Under the pieces are notes generated by a model, which was not told the origin of the DNA, ran no database searches, and saw nothing but the letters and a program-made list of their open reading frames with translations. Of a stretch of 64,000 nt of DNA, positions 61,197 through 64,000 are shown piece by piece (the stretch's first letter is position 1; the number at the start of each line of letters is the position of its first letter). The translations under genes and the position numbers were made by a program. Location of the stretch: positions 21,204,001 through 21,268,000 of the forward strand of contig CATNEN010000001.1 in assembly GCA_950097015.1 (NCBI GenBank), given 5' to 3'. Origin of the DNA: Macrostomum hystrix. Lineage: Eukaryota; Animalia; Platyhelminthes.

Positions 61197-61844
61197 TTAG
61201 GTCTTGTTCATTTTCGCTACTTTCGCGACATGCTGTTTGAACACATTCTCCAGATCATTTCTTAGCTGGCTCATTTCATCAATGGTATTTAGATTAAGCC
61301 TAACTCGTTGCTCATAGAGGTCTTGAATGTTTTTAAACTCATCCTCTGAAATGAACTTGTCTTCAATCGCCTTTGAGATGTACCCGATGATAGAGCTTTG
61401 TACTGATTTCTCGTTTGTTTGCTTCGCATGTAGATGCTTTAGCTTTTGTCGTCTGTTCCGTGATAGTGCTCCTGTAACTGCTGAAATCAGACCACATGTG
61501 GCACCAGCAGCTCCGAGTGGAATGGCGATTGGCGCAGTGATTACTGGAATTGTTGAAACAGCAGCTGCTGATCCCGATAGAACAGATACAGATCCAAGAA
61601 GCATATTAAGGTAATCGAAGACCTTGCACTGTCTATTATAGCGCTTCAGTTTCTTGGTATTATGATCAATTTGCCGTTCAATATCATCTCGCATCTTTTG
61701 AATCTCCACCAATCTGAATTGCTGTGAGTTGCAAGTGAAAGTTGGGTAAATGGGAGCACTAGGTTGGTAGTTTGAAGGAGCACTAGGTTGGTAAGGAGCA
61801 CTAGGTTGCTCTTGATCATATAGAGAGTTAACTTTTTCAGACAT
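61197..61844 (-). CDS. Predicted membrane protein with three PSAP motifs, coiled coil and hydrophobic hairpin, 215 aa
   Basis: QPSAPYQPSAPSNYQPSAPIYP; FRLVEI coiled coil; hydrophobic LLGSVSVLSGSAAAVSTIPVITAPIAIPLGAAGATCGLISAVTG. Confidence 0.8.
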   Translation of the reverse strand: MSEKVNSLYDQEQPSAPYQPSAPSNYQPSAPIYPTFTCNSQQFRLVEIQKMRDDIERQIDHNTKKLKRYNRQCKVFDYLNMLLGSVSVLSGSAAAVSTIPVITAPIAIPLGAAGATCGLISAVTGALSRNRRQKLKHLHAKQTNEKSVQSSIIGYISKAIEDKFISEDEFKNIQDLYEQRVRLNLNTIDEMSQLRNDLENVFKQHVAKVAKMNKT

Positions 61845-61875
61845 TTTTTTGAACGAAAAAAATTATATAAATTTT

Positions 61876-62604
61876 TTATGACCTTTCTCGCAAATCTGTT
61901 GCACGCCTTGCCGCCTCCCTTGATACCTCTTCTGATGGTCCATCAGATACTCTTGCTTCTTCAATGTCAATGTCCGGCAGATTGTGCAGTCTCTCTAGTC
62001 GGCCGAGTCTTCTTTTCGTTTTCCCCCAGTCGTTGTATATCCTATTCAAATACTCAGTGTGTCTTGTTACGTTTAGCCCCATGGTTCTTAGTGTTTCCTT
62101 TGTTTCATTTGCTAGTCTCTGAAGAGTTGTTATATCTGACTCTGCTGCTGTGAGTCGCGAACTCAATCTATCATGCACAGTGCTTGATCTTAGCATAAAG
62201 GCTTCTAAATTTCGAACTTTATTTGAATTTTCTGTTACTCTTTCTTCCACCAAGTTTGCTCGATTATTAACGGCAGTTCTCAGAGTGGCGATGTCTGATC
62301 TTAGAGTGGCGATGTCTGATCTCAGAGTGGGTATCGCTGCAACAAGAGTATCCCGATCATGAACAAACTGTACATATAGTATGTCAATCTCTTCCTTCCG
62401 CTTTGCTACGCTCAACCGCAGGTCTTCCATGTTTATTTGTTGTTGGTGTGTTGCCCGTTCTAGGGCTTTCAAGCGATCTTTATTGAGTTTGATTTCTGGA
62501 ATTTTTTCGTCAACATTTATATAACGCCTGTCAAGGTAAGAAACTTGAGCACTAGTGAGTGTGCTTCCGCGATCCAACGATTCACCTGCAAAATTAATAG
62601 ACAT
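61876..62604 (-). CDS. Long coiled-coil protein (possible fiber/spike), 242 aa
   Basis: AAAAATG start at 62604; heptads such as LRSDIATLRSDIATL and RLTAAESDITTLQ. Confidence 0.7.
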   Translation of the reverse strand: MSINFAGESLDRGSTLTSAQVSYLDRRYINVDEKIPEIKLNKDRLKALERATHQQQINMEDLRLSVAKRKEEIDILYVQFVHDRDTLVAAIPTLRSDIATLRSDIATLRTAVNNRANLVEERVTENSNKVRNLEAFMLRSSTVHDRLSSRLTAAESDITTLQRLANETKETLRTMGLNVTRHTEYLNRIYNDWGKTKRRLGRLERLHNLPDIDIEEARVSDGPSEEVSREAARRATDLRERS

Positions 62605-62622
62605 TTTTTTTAATAACAAAAT

Positions 62623-63423
62623 TTAAATTACAGTTCTTTTTTCTTTGTTGATCATCACAAACTGGTAAGGTTGATTCCACTTTTCATAGCAAAGATTAAC
62701 GAATTCCTCCTGTGAAATCTTTCTGTTGGAGTTTTTTGTTGGATTTACAAAATGGGCAGGCGCAATGACCTCATTGTAAAATCTTTTTAGCCTGTCCTGT
62801 GGAATTGTTGGAAACAGGAGGATCAGATTGCAGTTCCCACGAATTGTTTTGTTCGGGAGCTCGAACCAGTTCTGGGCAATGTAAATCACGTTACAATTGT
62901 TGTGCCGTCCTCTTGTAAAATAGTTTTCTATCTGCTTCTGTGGGCCTGTCATGCAATCATCAAAGACAATCAAATGTTTTCTCCCCTTTTCTAGCTCATC
63001 TGGTTGGGGTAGAAGTTTGGTCTTAGGATCAACCTGCGGATCTCCATAGGTGAACACTTTAATGTTCTGCCATTTTTCATTGTCTTTGAGGTGCTTTGCA
63101 AATACGGCAGCTACAATTTCTGGGTTACTGGGAAGGCTCTTTTGGTTATTAAAACATTGAATAATGTGTTCTTTGTGCAGTCTGTTTTGAAGTCCAGAGA
63201 TCAACATTTTATACTCATCTTGATACAGGGTGGGAGAGTAGATGTGCAGAGTGTCATAGTCGATAAAGCCAGGTCTAAGAAGCATGTTAAAGACTCTGAA
63301 TGTTTTACCTGAACCTGACGAACCAACAACAATGCATCTGAAGTGACTCGGGATTGACTCATGATGAGAAAACTTAATCTGATTACGTGTCCAGTGAGGA
63401 TTGAAGTCGTTTGAAAAGTCCAT
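62623..63423 (-). CDS. A32/FtsK-HerA family DNA packaging ATPase, 266 aa
   Basis: Walker A VVGSSGSGKT, Walker B LIVFDD, FTRGRHNNCNVIYIAQ, IRGN. Confidence 0.93.
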   Translation of the reverse strand: MDFSNDFNPHWTRNQIKFSHHESIPSHFRCIVVGSSGSGKTFRVFNMLLRPGFIDYDTLHIYSPTLYQDEYKMLISGLQNRLHKEHIIQCFNNQKSLPSNPEIVAAVFAKHLKDNEKWQNIKVFTYGDPQVDPKTKLLPQPDELEKGRKHLIVFDDCMTGPQKQIENYFTRGRHNNCNVIYIAQNWFELPNKTIRGNCNLILLFPTIPQDRLKRFYNEVIAPAHFVNPTKNSNRKISQEEFVNLCYEKWNQPYQFVMINKEKRTVI

Positions 63424-63467
63424 TTTTCTATGATTAAAAAAAATTAAAAAAAAGTAAATCATTTAGA

Positions 63468-63670
63468 ATATGTGTCTAGGACTTAGATGTGTCTAGGACT
63501 TAGATGTGTCTATTTGGGACTTAGATGTGTCTTTTTGGGACTTAGATGTGTCTTTTTGGGACTTAGATGTGTCTTTTTGGGACTTAGATGTGTCTTTTTG
63601 GGACTTAGATGTGTCTTTTTGGGACTTAGATGTGTCTATTTGGGACTTAGATGTGTCTTTTTGGGACTAG
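63468..63670. repeat. 21-bp tandem repeat (TTGGGACTTAGATGTGTCTTT)n, ~9 copies
   Basis: Visible array between Polinton genes. Confidence 0.92.
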
Positions 63671-63711
63671 TCTTGTACCCTTACATGTCTTGTACCCTCG
63701 GAAAGTACCCT

Positions 63712-63999
63712 TTAGTCAAATTTGAAACCACTTCCTTTTTTAATGCTAGCTATGCTAGCTCTCATCTTCTCGTAGATTGCAGGGTCCACAGTGTCTGGGT
63801 TTGGGGCCAGAGGAGCCAGCGGAGCCAATGGTGCCAATGGTGGCTGAATATCTTGTGTTACAGTATCCTTTATCTTTTTAGCCGCAGTGACAACGCTTCC
63901 CACAGATTCAGCCACGTTCTTAATATTATCTTTGTTCTCACTAATGACTTTAAAGACCCGAGCACCCTGCGCAATCATGTCAGCAAGACCATTCCCTGA
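63712..63999 (-). CDS. Small Polinton virion-type protein, 5' end outside the window
   Basis: The frame is open to the window edge: SGNG|LADMIAQGARVFKVI... amphipathic helix, PLA repeats, C-terminal KKGSGF. Confidence 0.55.
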   Translation of the reverse strand, partial: SGNGLADMIAQGARVFKVISENKDNIKNVAESVGSVVTAAKKIKDTVTQDIQPPLAPLAPLAPLAPNPDTVDPAIYEKMRASIASIKKGSGFKFD

Positions 64000-64000
64000 G

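Larger units (their letters stand above)
52774..64000. mobile_element. Polinton/Maverick (adintovirus-like) endogenous virus, left part; continues beyond the window
   Basis: Candidate AGTAGT terminus at 52774 with repeated subterminal GGACAAAAA..TTATCGCAGCC; clustered rve integrase, pPolB, adenain, A32-like ATPase, PLA2 and a penton fragment. Confidence 0.93.

Overview
Eukaryotic (invertebrate animal) genomic DNA. The CAG-rich coding style and minisatellite-filled introns suggest a flatworm such as Macrostomum, but this is inference only. 1-19 kb holds two host genes: an intronless tandem-CCCH (TIS11/ZFP36-type) gene and a 7-exon, 549-aa cytoplasmic intermediate filament gene whose introns are largely minisatellite arrays. 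19.6-29.6 kb is a mosaic of host-gene fragments (RBBP6, CRNKL1, GPCR-like) and decayed BEL/Pao, Harbinger and Helitron pieces. 29.7-44.9 kb is a nested transposon stack resolved to the base. A hAT is split by a THAP/P element (8-bp TSD) and by an RTE-like LINE with a 2A-like motif (15-bp TSD). Next to it, a Penelope-like element with a hammerhead ribozyme is split by a minisatellite-carrying Helitron and a Gypsy element (5-bp TSD). 46-52.8 kb is an unusual LTR-type element with a tRNA-Leu PBS, intact gag, a -1 frameshift signal into a protease, no RT/integrase, and an orphan ORF. From ~52.8 kb to the window end is a Polinton/Maverick (adintovirus-like) endogenous virus with open integrase, pPolB, adenain protease, packaging ATPase, PLA2 and pX-like genes, plus a membrane protein with three PSAP late-domain motifs. 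All calls come from motif recognition by eye; no database searches were run.
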